Virus record (IMG/VR): IMGVR_UViG_3300025128_000043
Coordinates: 1-56,773 of that record
Strand: one strand, 5' to 3'
Origin: a virus
Lineage: Duplodnaviria > Caudoviricetes
DNA: 56,773 nt
This document shows, in pieces, positions 8,204 through 17,243 of the stretch. The position numbers were made by a program, and so were the translations under genes. The notes under the pieces were generated by a model. The model saw nothing but the letters and a program-made list of their open reading frames with translations. It was not told the origin of the DNA and made no database searches. Positions within the stretch are counted from its first letter, which is position 1; each line of letters opens with the position of its first letter.

Positions 8204-8655
8204 TCGTCCGTACTACAAATACCGAAAGTTCCCACAGGGATTCTTATTTCGGTAATTGCTCCGTCTGTATCAGTAACTGTCAAAACGATTTCAGTACCTG
8301 TATTAACAAAGGCAATGCTGTTGCCTTCCAGATCAATAACGCCGCCTGAACCACCTGTCTCAGAGTTAAACAAAGATTCTGCTAAATCTCTGGAAAGCTG
8401 GGAAAAAATTCTTGATTCAAGATTTCTTATAAATTTTGCAAGCGTAGTGTTTTCCTCAGCCCTTAGTGCTTCTTCTGCCTTGGCCTCAGCTTCCTCCCGA
8501 AGAGACTGTTTGCGGCTACGCTCCTGCTCGTCAATGGTCAGATAATGGGCTGACTGTCCTATGCCATTAAAAGAAGGGTTTTTGAATTGAAATACAAGAT
8601 CGCTGGCTACTACAGGAGTCGCAAATAAACTAATCGTTATCAACCACTTGTTCAT
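8191..8655 (-). CDS. csgF: Curli assembly factor CsgF
   Basis: Signal peptide then LVFQFKNPSFNG (E. coli CsgF: MTFQFRNPNFGG); C-terminal TEIRIP; adjacent to csgG. Confidence 0.88.
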   Translation of the reverse strand: MNKWLITISLFATPVVASDLVFQFKNPSFNGIGQSAHYLTIDEQERSRKQSLREEAEAKAEEALRAEENTTLAKFIRNLESRIFSQLSRDLAESLFNSETGGSGGVIDLEGNSIAFVNTGTEIVLTVTDTDGAITEIRIPVGTFGICSTDECGI

Positions 8656-8893
8656 CTTTTTGCTCCCTCAACTCAATGACTGTATCCAGTTTCTGTTGTA
8701 GTCTAATGATGTCATTATCGAGCATCCTTATTCTGTCAATCAAAGCGATCAAGGTAACATTAGCATCTGCCAGTTTTGCCTTGATATTGTTGGTGATGAA
8801 GTTCCAGATGAAATGAATCATATAGAGCAAGCCCACCGTAGCGACTATCGGAAAGCCGTATTCGCTGACCGCTGCCGCTATACCTTCCATCAA
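8630..8893 (-). CDS. Small single-TM coiled-coil protein (GFPI motif, YvrJ-like)
   Basis: YGFPIVA TM segment then DRIRMLDNDIIRL. Confidence 0.75.
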   Translation of the reverse strand: MMEGIAAAVSEYGFPIVATVGLLYMIHFIWNFITNNIKAKLADANVTLIALIDRIRMLDNDIIRLQQKLDTVIELREQKDEQVVDND

Positions 8894-9171
8894 TCTCGCC
8901 TGGCATCTTCTTTCCCATCGGCTCTGGCAATTCTATTCAAATCGGGCCTGATACCAAGAACACTACACATCGTTGCGTCAAGTCTGACAATATCATGGTT
9001 CATCGTTTTTACGCGATTATCAAGGGATTGCACAATGCCGTGTATGCCATTCACCTGCCCGATAACGCTCTCAAGAATATATTTGATGGTCAGAAATATG
9101 AAGAACCCTGCAATCAAAGCAATAGCAATGGGAAACCCTACGTCACCGATCAGGGCAAAAGCCTCGTTCAT
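8890..9171 (-). CDS. Small single-TM coiled-coil protein, paralog of 8630-8893
   Basis: VGFPIAI TM segment then DNRVKTMNHDIVRL. Confidence 0.75.
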   Translation of the reverse strand: MNEAFALIGDVGFPIAIALIAGFFIFLTIKYILESVIGQVNGIHGIVQSLDNRVKTMNHDIVRLDATMCSVLGIRPDLNRIARADGKEDARRD

Positions 9172-9512
9172 TCTTCCTCACCCTTAAACTTCTTAGACTG
9201 ACCAGAGGTTCCAGCATAAATGCCAAAGACTGCTGCCATAGCACCGACAACAACCGACACCAATCCTGCCTGCTCTAAATTAGGCTCATCAATAGTCATA
9301 AACCACATGACAACTGCGTACAGCAAATAAATGTAAACACCCACAAAGACCCTTGGAAAGATACGCCACGCATCAACAGTTCTAGCCAGATGTATCCATT
9401 TCTGATACGGGTTTATACCAATATTGTTAGGTGTTACTTCAAGCTCAAGATTAACTTTCTTTTTGATTACGTCATTTTCAAGAATGACCGTTGGCCCATC
9501 TTTTTCAATCAT
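9168..9512 (-). CDS. Two-TM holin-like membrane protein
   Basis: DAWRIFPR followed by two TM helices and a charged tail; next to spanins. Confidence 0.55.
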   Translation of the reverse strand: MIEKDGPTVILENDVIKKKVNLELEVTPNNIGINPYQKWIHLARTVDAWRIFPRVFVGVYIYLLYAVVMWFMTIDEPNLEQAGLVSVVVGAMAAVFGIYAGTSGQSKKFKGEEE

Positions 9513-9514
9513 AA

Positions 9515-9922
9515 TTATTCTTCCGTTGTTTCAGCCTCATCTTTTCGAGTCGGGTCATTATCCCTATAATATTTAATAATATTAAGGACTTGGCGTATAT
9601 ACCTTCTCACATCTGCAAAATTATTGGAAAGGTTTTCATAGCCCTGAGAACTCAATCCGTAGTAGGCCATAGCTGGCGCATCCCCTTCATCATAGTTTTC
9701 TATGTACTCGCGCATCACAGAAGGATTCAGGACTGTCCATTCCACCTCAGAGGGAACCACAGACTCTGGTAGGGGGGGATGATACATAGGTGCAGGCTCG
9801 GTAATTGTAACCACCTCAACGGGCCTGACTTCAGGAACAGCAGTGCTTCCCCCGAACAGACCGCCCATTGTCGAACATCCTTGCAGCCATAACAGGCTAA
9901 TCAGCAGAAACCACTTCATCAA
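9515..9922 (-). CDS. o-spanin-like lipoprotein
   Basis: Lipobox LQGC; Pro-rich segment; overlaps the i-spanin gene. Confidence 0.75.
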   Translation of the reverse strand: MMKWFLLISLLWLQGCSTMGGLFGGSTAVPEVRPVEVVTITEPAPMYHPPLPESVVPSEVEWTVLNPSVMREYIENYDEGDAPAMAYYGLSSQGYENLSNNFADVRRYIRQVLNIIKYYRDNDPTRKDEAETTEE

Positions 9923-10316
9923 ATTGTCTCGGATTTGTTAACGCAGCTAGGGCTTCACCCACCTGCCTTGTGCCTCGGTTAACGGCATTTTCAATTAACC
10001 CAGGTCGTGCAATCGCCAGAGAGTTTAAGTCATGCCTGGCAAATGTATTGCGTAATTGCGTCACTTCCTGACGGGCTTCATCATTAGCCTCAGAAAGCTC
10101 TGCGATACGCGCTTGATTAACTCTTTGATTTTCCAGTTGTTCTTGCAACTGCGTATTCTGATTAGCAATCGTGCTTTCCAGAACCGCCTGATTGTTAACC
10201 GCAGTCTGTAACTCTACCTGTAACCGCTCTATCTGAGCCTTCTGCATATTGATATAGAAGTAAGAGCCTGCGGCAGTGGTTATCAAGGCAAACCCAAGAA
10301 GCAGGCTGAGTTTCAT
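9897..10316 (-). CDS. i-spanin-like protein
   Basis: N-terminal TM plus long coiled coil; ARPGLIE motif. Confidence 0.75.
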   Translation of the reverse strand: MKLSLLLGFALITTAAGSYFYINMQKAQIERLQVELQTAVNNQAVLESTIANQNTQLQEQLENQRVNQARIAELSEANDEARQEVTQLRNTFARHDLNSLAIARPGLIENAVNRGTRQVGEALAALTNPRQFDEVVSAD

Positions 10317-13300
10317 TATATATTTTCCCTGATTCTTTCTGGAATTTGTAAATTTTCAAATAATTCAGGTTGTGATCTACGCACATCTCTCAAAAAAGCC
10401 TGTTCTCGTCTTGTAAAAGGCAACCCCATCTCTAGCTTCAAAATTTGTCTTGCAGTATTTCTGGTACTTTCCATGACTTTTCTAATTAACTCTATCTGCT
10501 GAGAAGGTAGTTTATCCAATCTTTTGTAACCAGGAGATTGAACTAAACGCTGAAGGATTTTATGAGCAGGTCTTCCTGCTCTTTCAACAAACTTATTATA
10601 TAAGTCTTGAGGCACTTCAGTTCCCCCTATAGACCTCGGAGGCATAGAAGGATAATACTCCAATCTTATTAACTCATCGGAAACCGGATCGTTCTTTGAA
10701 AACGAAGAATAAATTGGAGAAATAATGTCTGGCCCCAATCCACCAGTAAGCAAAATAGGCTGACCCCACAAATTACGTCTTGCAGGAAGGTCTTGAGAAT
10801 AACCAGGGATTCTGGATTTTATTCTGTCCATAACGGTCAGGGTTTCTCTAAGCACAGGGTCTTGGCTTCTTGCAATTTGAGCTAGACCTGTAGGAACTAC
10901 AGTTCCAAGCATATTACGAGCATAAGCCTCCATAAATCGGTCAGGATCATTGACCGCTTCAATTATGTCAGTAATTCCTCTGAAAAAAGTTTTGTCAGTA
11001 AGGTTTTGGCTAATTGAACCAGTAATTCTTGCCGCTATAGAAGCTGCATCTTCCTCTCCTAAAGAACCTGCTATGTCGGCAAAATCAGCAGACAATCCTA
11101 ACAAAATACCCAAAGGCTCTATCCGATTAAAAGCAAGGTATCTTTTAGTGCCATCTTCTTGAGGAATACCAAATGAATAAGGTTGCCATCCGGTTTCTCT
11201 TAGCCTTGCTCTTGCCGCAGGATCAGTCGGGCCAGAACCAGTAATCTTTCCTTCAGCAGCCGCAAATGCGGCAGACCCGCCAGCCATTGCCGCTAGAGCC
11301 ATTTTTGCAGTTTGAATATCTTTATCTACCCCTTTTAAGCCTCTGCTTTCCCTCATAAGCATTCCAAATGGAGTTCTTTCAGCAGCAAACCGAACAATAT
11401 TGACTGGAGTTCTAACAAAAGGAGCGATTAATCTTAAAGCTGGTAGTTGAGCTTGAGCCTTAGTCAAATGTTGACTGGCCCCTTCAAGCGGCTTGGTGAA
11501 GGTAAGGTATCTGGCATTGTCAATCGCTTTCATAGAAATTGCATCAGAAGGATTATCAATGACTTCCTTCATGTGTTCTGCAAATTCCCTGCTGTTTGGC
11601 TTTAATCCTTCATCAATAGCACTACGATATGCCTGAGCATTAAGCTCCATCCTATGACCTATTGACTTAAAAAATTCATCAGAAGTCATTAAAGCCCTGC
11701 CAGGCAATCTTACAAACTCACCTAGTTTTCCCTTTATTGCCTTTTCTCTGCGAGCCTCCATCTTGGAAAATACATCTGAAGGGGTCTCGGTCAGAAAAGT
11801 TTTCTTCGCCAAAGAAAGACCCTCTCTCGCTCCTTGAAGCCATCCCCATGCCCTAGCATTAGCCTCACCAAATGTAACCCGACCCTTTGTTCCTCTTAAA
11901 AGACCTACACCAGCAGCCATGTAATGCTCTGGTATAGACCATATTCCAGTAAGAGTGTTTGACAAAGCGTTAACAACCTGAGTTTGTGGCCCTGACAAAA
12001 GACCATTAATCCAAACTTCCAGCCATTTATCGCTTAACGTGGGATCATTCATTGTCTTTGCGAGCTTATTCATCGTAGCGGTATCTTTTGGATCAACAGC
12101 AGACAGCATCTTTGCCATATCAGCCATGTTTTTCTTGCCGCCAGCAGCATTCAGCATTTCATCTACGTTAGTTCCTACTACATACCGCCATTGCCTTAAT
12201 GCCCTGCCTGCTTCTGCCCTGATTCCCATTACCTGACCTTGTAACGCAGTATGCGTATCTACAGCATCTTTTAACTTCAAAAGGTCTGAGTCCAAACCAG
12301 TGCTATTCGCTATTCTTGCCAAATCATGTATGTTCGTTGCGCTTTCTGCCATTAATATTCTTGCTGCATAGGCTTCTGAATCGCTCCATGCCTCACCAAA
12401 TTCCCTTGAAAGAACCTCCTCAGAGGTCATGCCCAAGTCATTTGCCATCCCTGCTACATCCCTCTCAGAGCGAGGCCCACCTCTATATACATCTATCTCA
12501 TCTTTTTTGTCTCTTGCAAAAGTTTTGATGACATTCCTTAAATCTTCAGTAGATTTAACATCTTTACCTACATACTTATCTATCCAGATATTGTCATCAC
12601 GAACAGGAAGGGTTCCTTCAAGCTGTGATTTGGGAGCATTTTCCCCCATAGCATCATAAATGCTGGAGCTAGGTGTAGCAGCTTCATTAATATCCTGAGC
12701 CGCTTTCTGACCTTTGCTAATCTCATCAAGAGCCTTGCTGTTATTGCCTTTTTTAAGAGCAGTTAAGCCCTTAATGCTCTGGGTTATGGTTGTAAACATA
12801 ACGCCTAAACCCGCACTCTCAAGAGCTAACTTAAACCTTGCTTCCGCTTCTGTATCATCCTCATCGGCCTGTAAATACTGCGTTATGGGATTGCGTAAAA
12901 CAGGATATTCCTGAACCAGATCAGACAGCTTCTCGTCAAAAGGATCAAAAACAACTTGCTCCGTAAGAATTGCACCGCTTTCTGCTCTGGCTAAATTACT
13001 TAAAACCCCCCTGCCAACACCAATTACTTTCATTGCCCCCAGATAAGGAACAAAAAACTGAGACATTGTTCTTACGGCATTTCCCGTTGCAGTCTCAGCG
13101 GGAGCAACAGTTGGGAGTTCTAATGGCTTAAACGGTCTTTCTGCGTTTTCAGGAGTATAATCGAGGTCATAGTTCCCTTCTTCATCAAAAAAAGAAACTC
13201 CCGCCCATTGAGCAGGTCTGTTAACAATTAAGTTAAGTGCGCTTTGCGCTGCATCTCTGACCCCACCGAATGCCTGAGTCAGCACTTCATCACTGAGAAA

Positions 13301-13486
13301 TTCTAAAGTAGAGTCATCCTCTTCGGTTTTTTCTTGTTGTAAGACCAAAGGAGAAGATTCAATAACACCTTGTTGGGCAGGGGCTTTTTCAGCAAGAGCC
13401 TGAAGCATAGCTTGCCTTTCAGCTTCAGTCGGAACATCACCTGCTATTTCATAATCACCTAAACCTTTTACTTGAATAGTTCCCAT
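10316..13486 (-). CDS. Large internal virion / DNA-ejection protein
   Basis: 1056 aa, helical, last gene of the ejection cassette; PFVRTPVNI and GWQPYS motifs. Confidence 0.65.
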   Translation of the reverse strand: MGTIQVKGLGDYEIAGDVPTEAERQAMLQALAEKAPAQQGVIESSPLVLQQEKTEEDDSTLEFLSDEVLTQAFGGVRDAAQSALNLIVNRPAQWAGVSFFDEEGNYDLDYTPENAERPFKPLELPTVAPAETATGNAVRTMSQFFVPYLGAMKVIGVGRGVLSNLARAESGAILTEQVVFDPFDEKLSDLVQEYPVLRNPITQYLQADEDDTEAEARFKLALESAGLGVMFTTITQSIKGLTALKKGNNSKALDEISKGQKAAQDINEAATPSSSIYDAMGENAPKSQLEGTLPVRDDNIWIDKYVGKDVKSTEDLRNVIKTFARDKKDEIDVYRGGPRSERDVAGMANDLGMTSEEVLSREFGEAWSDSEAYAARILMAESATNIHDLARIANSTGLDSDLLKLKDAVDTHTALQGQVMGIRAEAGRALRQWRYVVGTNVDEMLNAAGGKKNMADMAKMLSAVDPKDTATMNKLAKTMNDPTLSDKWLEVWINGLLSGPQTQVVNALSNTLTGIWSIPEHYMAAGVGLLRGTKGRVTFGEANARAWGWLQGAREGLSLAKKTFLTETPSDVFSKMEARREKAIKGKLGEFVRLPGRALMTSDEFFKSIGHRMELNAQAYRSAIDEGLKPNSREFAEHMKEVIDNPSDAISMKAIDNARYLTFTKPLEGASQHLTKAQAQLPALRLIAPFVRTPVNIVRFAAERTPFGMLMRESRGLKGVDKDIQTAKMALAAMAGGSAAFAAAEGKITGSGPTDPAARARLRETGWQPYSFGIPQEDGTKRYLAFNRIEPLGILLGLSADFADIAGSLGEEDAASIAARITGSISQNLTDKTFFRGITDIIEAVNDPDRFMEAYARNMLGTVVPTGLAQIARSQDPVLRETLTVMDRIKSRIPGYSQDLPARRNLWGQPILLTGGLGPDIISPIYSSFSKNDPVSDELIRLEYYPSMPPRSIGGTEVPQDLYNKFVERAGRPAHKILQRLVQSPGYKRLDKLPSQQIELIRKVMESTRNTARQILKLEMGLPFTRREQAFLRDVRRSQPELFENLQIPERIRENI

Positions 13487-13494
13487 AATTAAAA

Positions 13495-15669
13495 TTAATT
13501 TGTGCCCACAAAATTATCGGACATAGTTCTCATAACTTGATCCAAGGGGCCTAATCCTCTTGCTTCAGCTAATATTTGTCTATCCTTCTCAGATAAAGCA
13601 TCAAGTCCATAAAACCTTGTGGTTTCTCCAGTGCTAGAATTATATTGTTCAACGCCTTGTTCCATTTTATTTATTATTCCAGCTACAATATCTCCCGTTG
13701 ATGCTTCAGTTATCCTCCTTATTCTCTTCTCTAACTCTTCTCTTTCTTTTGTTCCTTCAGGATAAAGCATTCTTAACCTTTGAAATTTCTCCAAATTAGT
13801 TAATCCGGCGGTTGTGCTTTGAAATCCTGGTATGCCGCCTAAAATTGCGGCTTCTGCTGCTATCTCGTTTTCCAGTTGTTTGATTTCTCTTTCAGAGGCT
13901 CCTTTCGCTTTAGCCATTTCAATCGCGGTAACAGCATCTTTAGCCTTTTCTTTTATAGCCATTGCGTCTGAAAAATCTGCTTCTCCAATACCTTTACCTG
14001 AACTAATCGATTTTCCTATTGCCATAAGAGCAGCAGCAGCAGCATCATCATCCACCCCTTCCATTACTTTTTCTTGAAAAGCTGCATAATCTGGCCCAGA
14101 TATTTCTCTCTTGGCTAAATCTCTGAGAGCTTGTTGACTACCAGAAATCATTTCTAATAATGTTGCATTTGTGCTTGCATTAGGACTGGTAAAATTAATT
14201 CCGCCAGCGCTATCGTTACCGCCAGTGCCGTCGTTACCGCCATCTTTAACGCCAGCGTCATCGTTACTGTCAGCGCTATTTTTTATCGGTAAAGGCCCTC
14301 CGGGGTATGGTGAAATTGGATAAGATAAGAAACCATCTGCATTCCTACCAAGAATGTTTTCAAGAAAATCATCAGAGAAAACAGGGCGAGGTCTAGCACT
14401 TGATGTATTTGTTCTAAGATATTCTTTCGCTTTAGCATCTCCTCCAAAGGCTGCTTCTTTAATAAAGTCTTGTAATTCAGCATCAGTCATGTCTCTTACT
14501 GAGGGAACTTGACTACCATTTTGCATCTTTACAATGCCGCCAGAAAACGAGCCTTGCTGTCTAGCCAGAATACCCTCAACTAGAGCTATTTGTCTGTTTC
14601 TTTCTGCTGATGCTTGATTAGCGGCCTCTGCTTCTGCTTGATTAGCTATTTCGTTTGTTATTTCGCCTGTCTGTGATGTCCGTGGATCGAGTGCTGAATC
14701 AGCAAGTCCCAATGAACTAAGTAATCGGGTTGATTTCTTGAATTTTGTAATCGGTGTTGTCAACAGTTGTGCTGCTGCCCTAGAAGACTCTGCTCCTGTA
14801 AGCGTTGCCTTTTTTGGCAATTTTTTATATTGAGGCAACTTTCTCATTAAATTGGAAGCTGCGGTTTGTGCTTTCTTGCTTCTTAACAACAATCTACCAA
14901 GACCCCCAGCTAATTGAGCGCCTCTTGCAGCCATGCCAACAGGTGTGAACATAAGTCCCGTTAATGCTGCGTCTTTAGCCACCTTGCCCCAATCAACAGT
15001 GCCATCTTCCTCGATATATATATCCTTAACGAAATCTATAGCTCCACCTGCCACATCAAATGCTGCATCTTTTGCTGCATCTTTTGCTGATACATATGGG
15101 GCAAATCCTGCATATCCTCCTTGCTGCATCCTCACAACACCACCAGCAGCCATAGGCAAGACAGAAGCAATACCCATGTTAGTGGGGCTTGCCATTGCCA
15201 TTTGAGAGGCATCCATGTCATACATAGTTTGCGGATTAAACTTAGCTGCATCCTCTACTAAAGAATTAGGTGGGACTATGCCACCACCAGCCATTCTCCG
15301 ATAAGGCATTCTGCCGCCCCCTGCCACCTTGAGCGTCTGAGAGTCTATAGGAGCCTCTGTAGCGTCCATCATCTCTTGAGGAATCGTTTGCTGTGACATA
15401 GACATAGAAGCAGCCTGAGAAGGCATTTCATAGGCTAATCCTGCTATTCCCTGTGGGGCAGAGGCTTCGGTAACAATCTGTTCTGAAACTGTTTGCTCTG
15501 GCTGTTCTTGTTGGGCCACAACGCGATCACGCATTTGTTTCCTGCGCTGTAACTCAGAAACAATAAGAAAATGAGGTAAATTTCCAGAAGGCACTTGAGC
15601 TTCTTGAATCAACACATCATCTGGAGCGCCTTTAATCAAATCTTCCTGTTCAAGAATATTCATAATCAT
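13495..15669 (-). CDS. Putative internal virion / ejection protein
   Basis: Ala/Gly/Gln-rich; position in cassette. Confidence 0.6.
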   Translation of the reverse strand: MIMNILEQEDLIKGAPDDVLIQEAQVPSGNLPHFLIVSELQRRKQMRDRVVAQQEQPEQTVSEQIVTEASAPQGIAGLAYEMPSQAASMSMSQQTIPQEMMDATEAPIDSQTLKVAGGGRMPYRRMAGGGIVPPNSLVEDAAKFNPQTMYDMDASQMAMASPTNMGIASVLPMAAGGVVRMQQGGYAGFAPYVSAKDAAKDAAFDVAGGAIDFVKDIYIEEDGTVDWGKVAKDAALTGLMFTPVGMAARGAQLAGGLGRLLLRSKKAQTAASNLMRKLPQYKKLPKKATLTGAESSRAAAQLLTTPITKFKKSTRLLSSLGLADSALDPRTSQTGEITNEIANQAEAEAANQASAERNRQIALVEGILARQQGSFSGGIVKMQNGSQVPSVRDMTDAELQDFIKEAAFGGDAKAKEYLRTNTSSARPRPVFSDDFLENILGRNADGFLSYPISPYPGGPLPIKNSADSNDDAGVKDGGNDGTGGNDSAGGINFTSPNASTNATLLEMISGSQQALRDLAKREISGPDYAAFQEKVMEGVDDDAAAAALMAIGKSISSGKGIGEADFSDAMAIKEKAKDAVTAIEMAKAKGASEREIKQLENEIAAEAAILGGIPGFQSTTAGLTNLEKFQRLRMLYPEGTKEREELEKRIRRITEASTGDIVAGIINKMEQGVEQYNSSTGETTRFYGLDALSEKDRQILAEARGLGPLDQVMRTMSDNFVGTN

Positions 15670-15675
15670 CGTTAT

Positions 15676-16731
15676 TTACCTTAGCCCTTTGTATAAGCCT
15701 AACAAGGAAATACCACCACCCAATGCCTGTTGACCTGGGGTTGGACCACCGTAGCTTGTTGTCGTTGTTCCAGGCTGAATTGGAAGCCCTCTGAGAAGAT
15801 TGCTTAAATAACCAAGCTGTTCTTTAGGAAAGGCTTGCTGCCTTAAAAAGTCCTGATAACCGATATCGAGACTTTGCTGACCCAATCTTCTCTGCATCTC
15901 GCCAGCCGCTTGCATATTAGCTAATCGCTCATAAGCCATACGTTGTGATTGATCGCCTAGACCGCCGAGCAACTGAGAGGCTTGTAATCTTTGCGCTTCT
16001 GTTGCCTGATCGACCCCGATACCCTGCAAACCAAGCCTTGCTTGAGTTTGTCTTGCCCTGTCTTCAATCTCTTGGGCGCTCATTCCCATTCTGGCAGCTT
16101 GTAATCTTGCGGCTCGATCTGCCTCAAATGCTTGTTGTGCCTGACCAAATGCCCTCTGGGAGCCTCTGGCCTGTATATCGCCTAGCTGTTGTCCTAAGTT
16201 TCTTTCGCGCTCGGCCTGCATAATGGCTTCTCTGTAGCCACCCATACCACCCGTCTGTGCCGCCTGCTGACCAATCTGGCTTCCCATGATGTCTGATTGT
16301 CTCGATGCTTCACGCTTTTCGATGTCCGTTACCATCTGCTGGTACGGGTCCATATAACGCTGGAGCGTTTCTGGATCAGCGACAGTGCCTGGCGAGAATC
16401 CAGTCTCTATATCTGGAGCCATATACTGAGAAGCGACATCGTACCCACTGCCCATTGGCTGATAACCAACTCCTGCGGCAATATCACTGGCCTGACGAAA
16501 CTGAAGAGGCGCACCGGATTGAGCCATCTGAGACATCCCCTGCATCGCCGCCTGTTCTTCGCCTGTAAAATCCATTAAACGCGAACCAGCATAGGTCTCA
16601 TACGGACGAGCGGTCTCGTACAAACCACGCTCTAATGTCTGACGAAAATACGGTTCCGCATAAGCAGGCAAATTTGTTGTGGTCGATGTTACTTGTTGTG
16701 TGGGTGGTCTCCCACTGCCGCCTTTACTCAT
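15676..16731 (-). CDS. Putative DNA-ejection (pilot) protein
   Basis: Gln/Gly/Ala-rich; YMDPYQQ motif; hydrophobic Gly-rich C-terminus. Confidence 0.6.
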   Translation of the reverse strand: MSKGGSGRPPTQQVTSTTTNLPAYAEPYFRQTLERGLYETARPYETYAGSRLMDFTGEEQAAMQGMSQMAQSGAPLQFRQASDIAAGVGYQPMGSGYDVASQYMAPDIETGFSPGTVADPETLQRYMDPYQQMVTDIEKREASRQSDIMGSQIGQQAAQTGGMGGYREAIMQAERERNLGQQLGDIQARGSQRAFGQAQQAFEADRAARLQAARMGMSAQEIEDRARQTQARLGLQGIGVDQATEAQRLQASQLLGGLGDQSQRMAYERLANMQAAGEMQRRLGQQSLDIGYQDFLRQQAFPKEQLGYLSNLLRGLPIQPGTTTTSYGGPTPGQQALGGGISLLGLYKGLR

Positions 16732-17243
16732 TTTTCAACCTCTACATTTTTCTCATAAGTGGTATATGACCGGACAAATCCATCCTGCTCCAGCCATTTC
16801 CAGAATCCATGCCTTGCGGTTCCTTCAATACCATCGCATTGATTGTCTTTAGCCCATGAATTGAAACGATCCAGCATGTCCCATACCCAACCATTAAAAT
16901 TAGTACCGCCAAGATACTGCATTGCCAGCATTTTCTTTCTGGGATAAAACACAAACTCCGTAGTCCCTACCCCCTCGATAACTCCTTCTTCGTTAAACGC
17001 AACCCATAAATGCTGCTCTAAATTTCTAATTGACTCATACAAAGACTGCATATCCCACCTTCCGCGAGACCTTGCAATCGCAGGAGCCAGCAATTCTTCC
17101 ACATCGTCCCACAGAGTCTGCACATAATTGGGCGGTATGAGCGCGATTGTATGGGTTACTTCTCTTGGAGCATTCTGAGGCCAAACCCTCGGCTCACGAG
17201 AAATATCCTTTATCACAGGCTCTTGAACAGCAGTCTCACTCAT
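16728..17243 (-). CDS. GNAT-like protein of the podovirus ejection cassette
   Basis: YLGG..WAKDNQCDGIEGTARHGFWK; position like T7 gp13 / P22 gp14. Confidence 0.55.
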   Translation of the reverse strand: MSETAVQEPVIKDISREPRVWPQNAPREVTHTIALIPPNYVQTLWDDVEELLAPAIARSRGRWDMQSLYESIRNLEQHLWVAFNEEGVIEGVGTTEFVFYPRKKMLAMQYLGGTNFNGWVWDMLDRFNSWAKDNQCDGIEGTARHGFWKWLEQDGFVRSYTTYEKNVEVEK

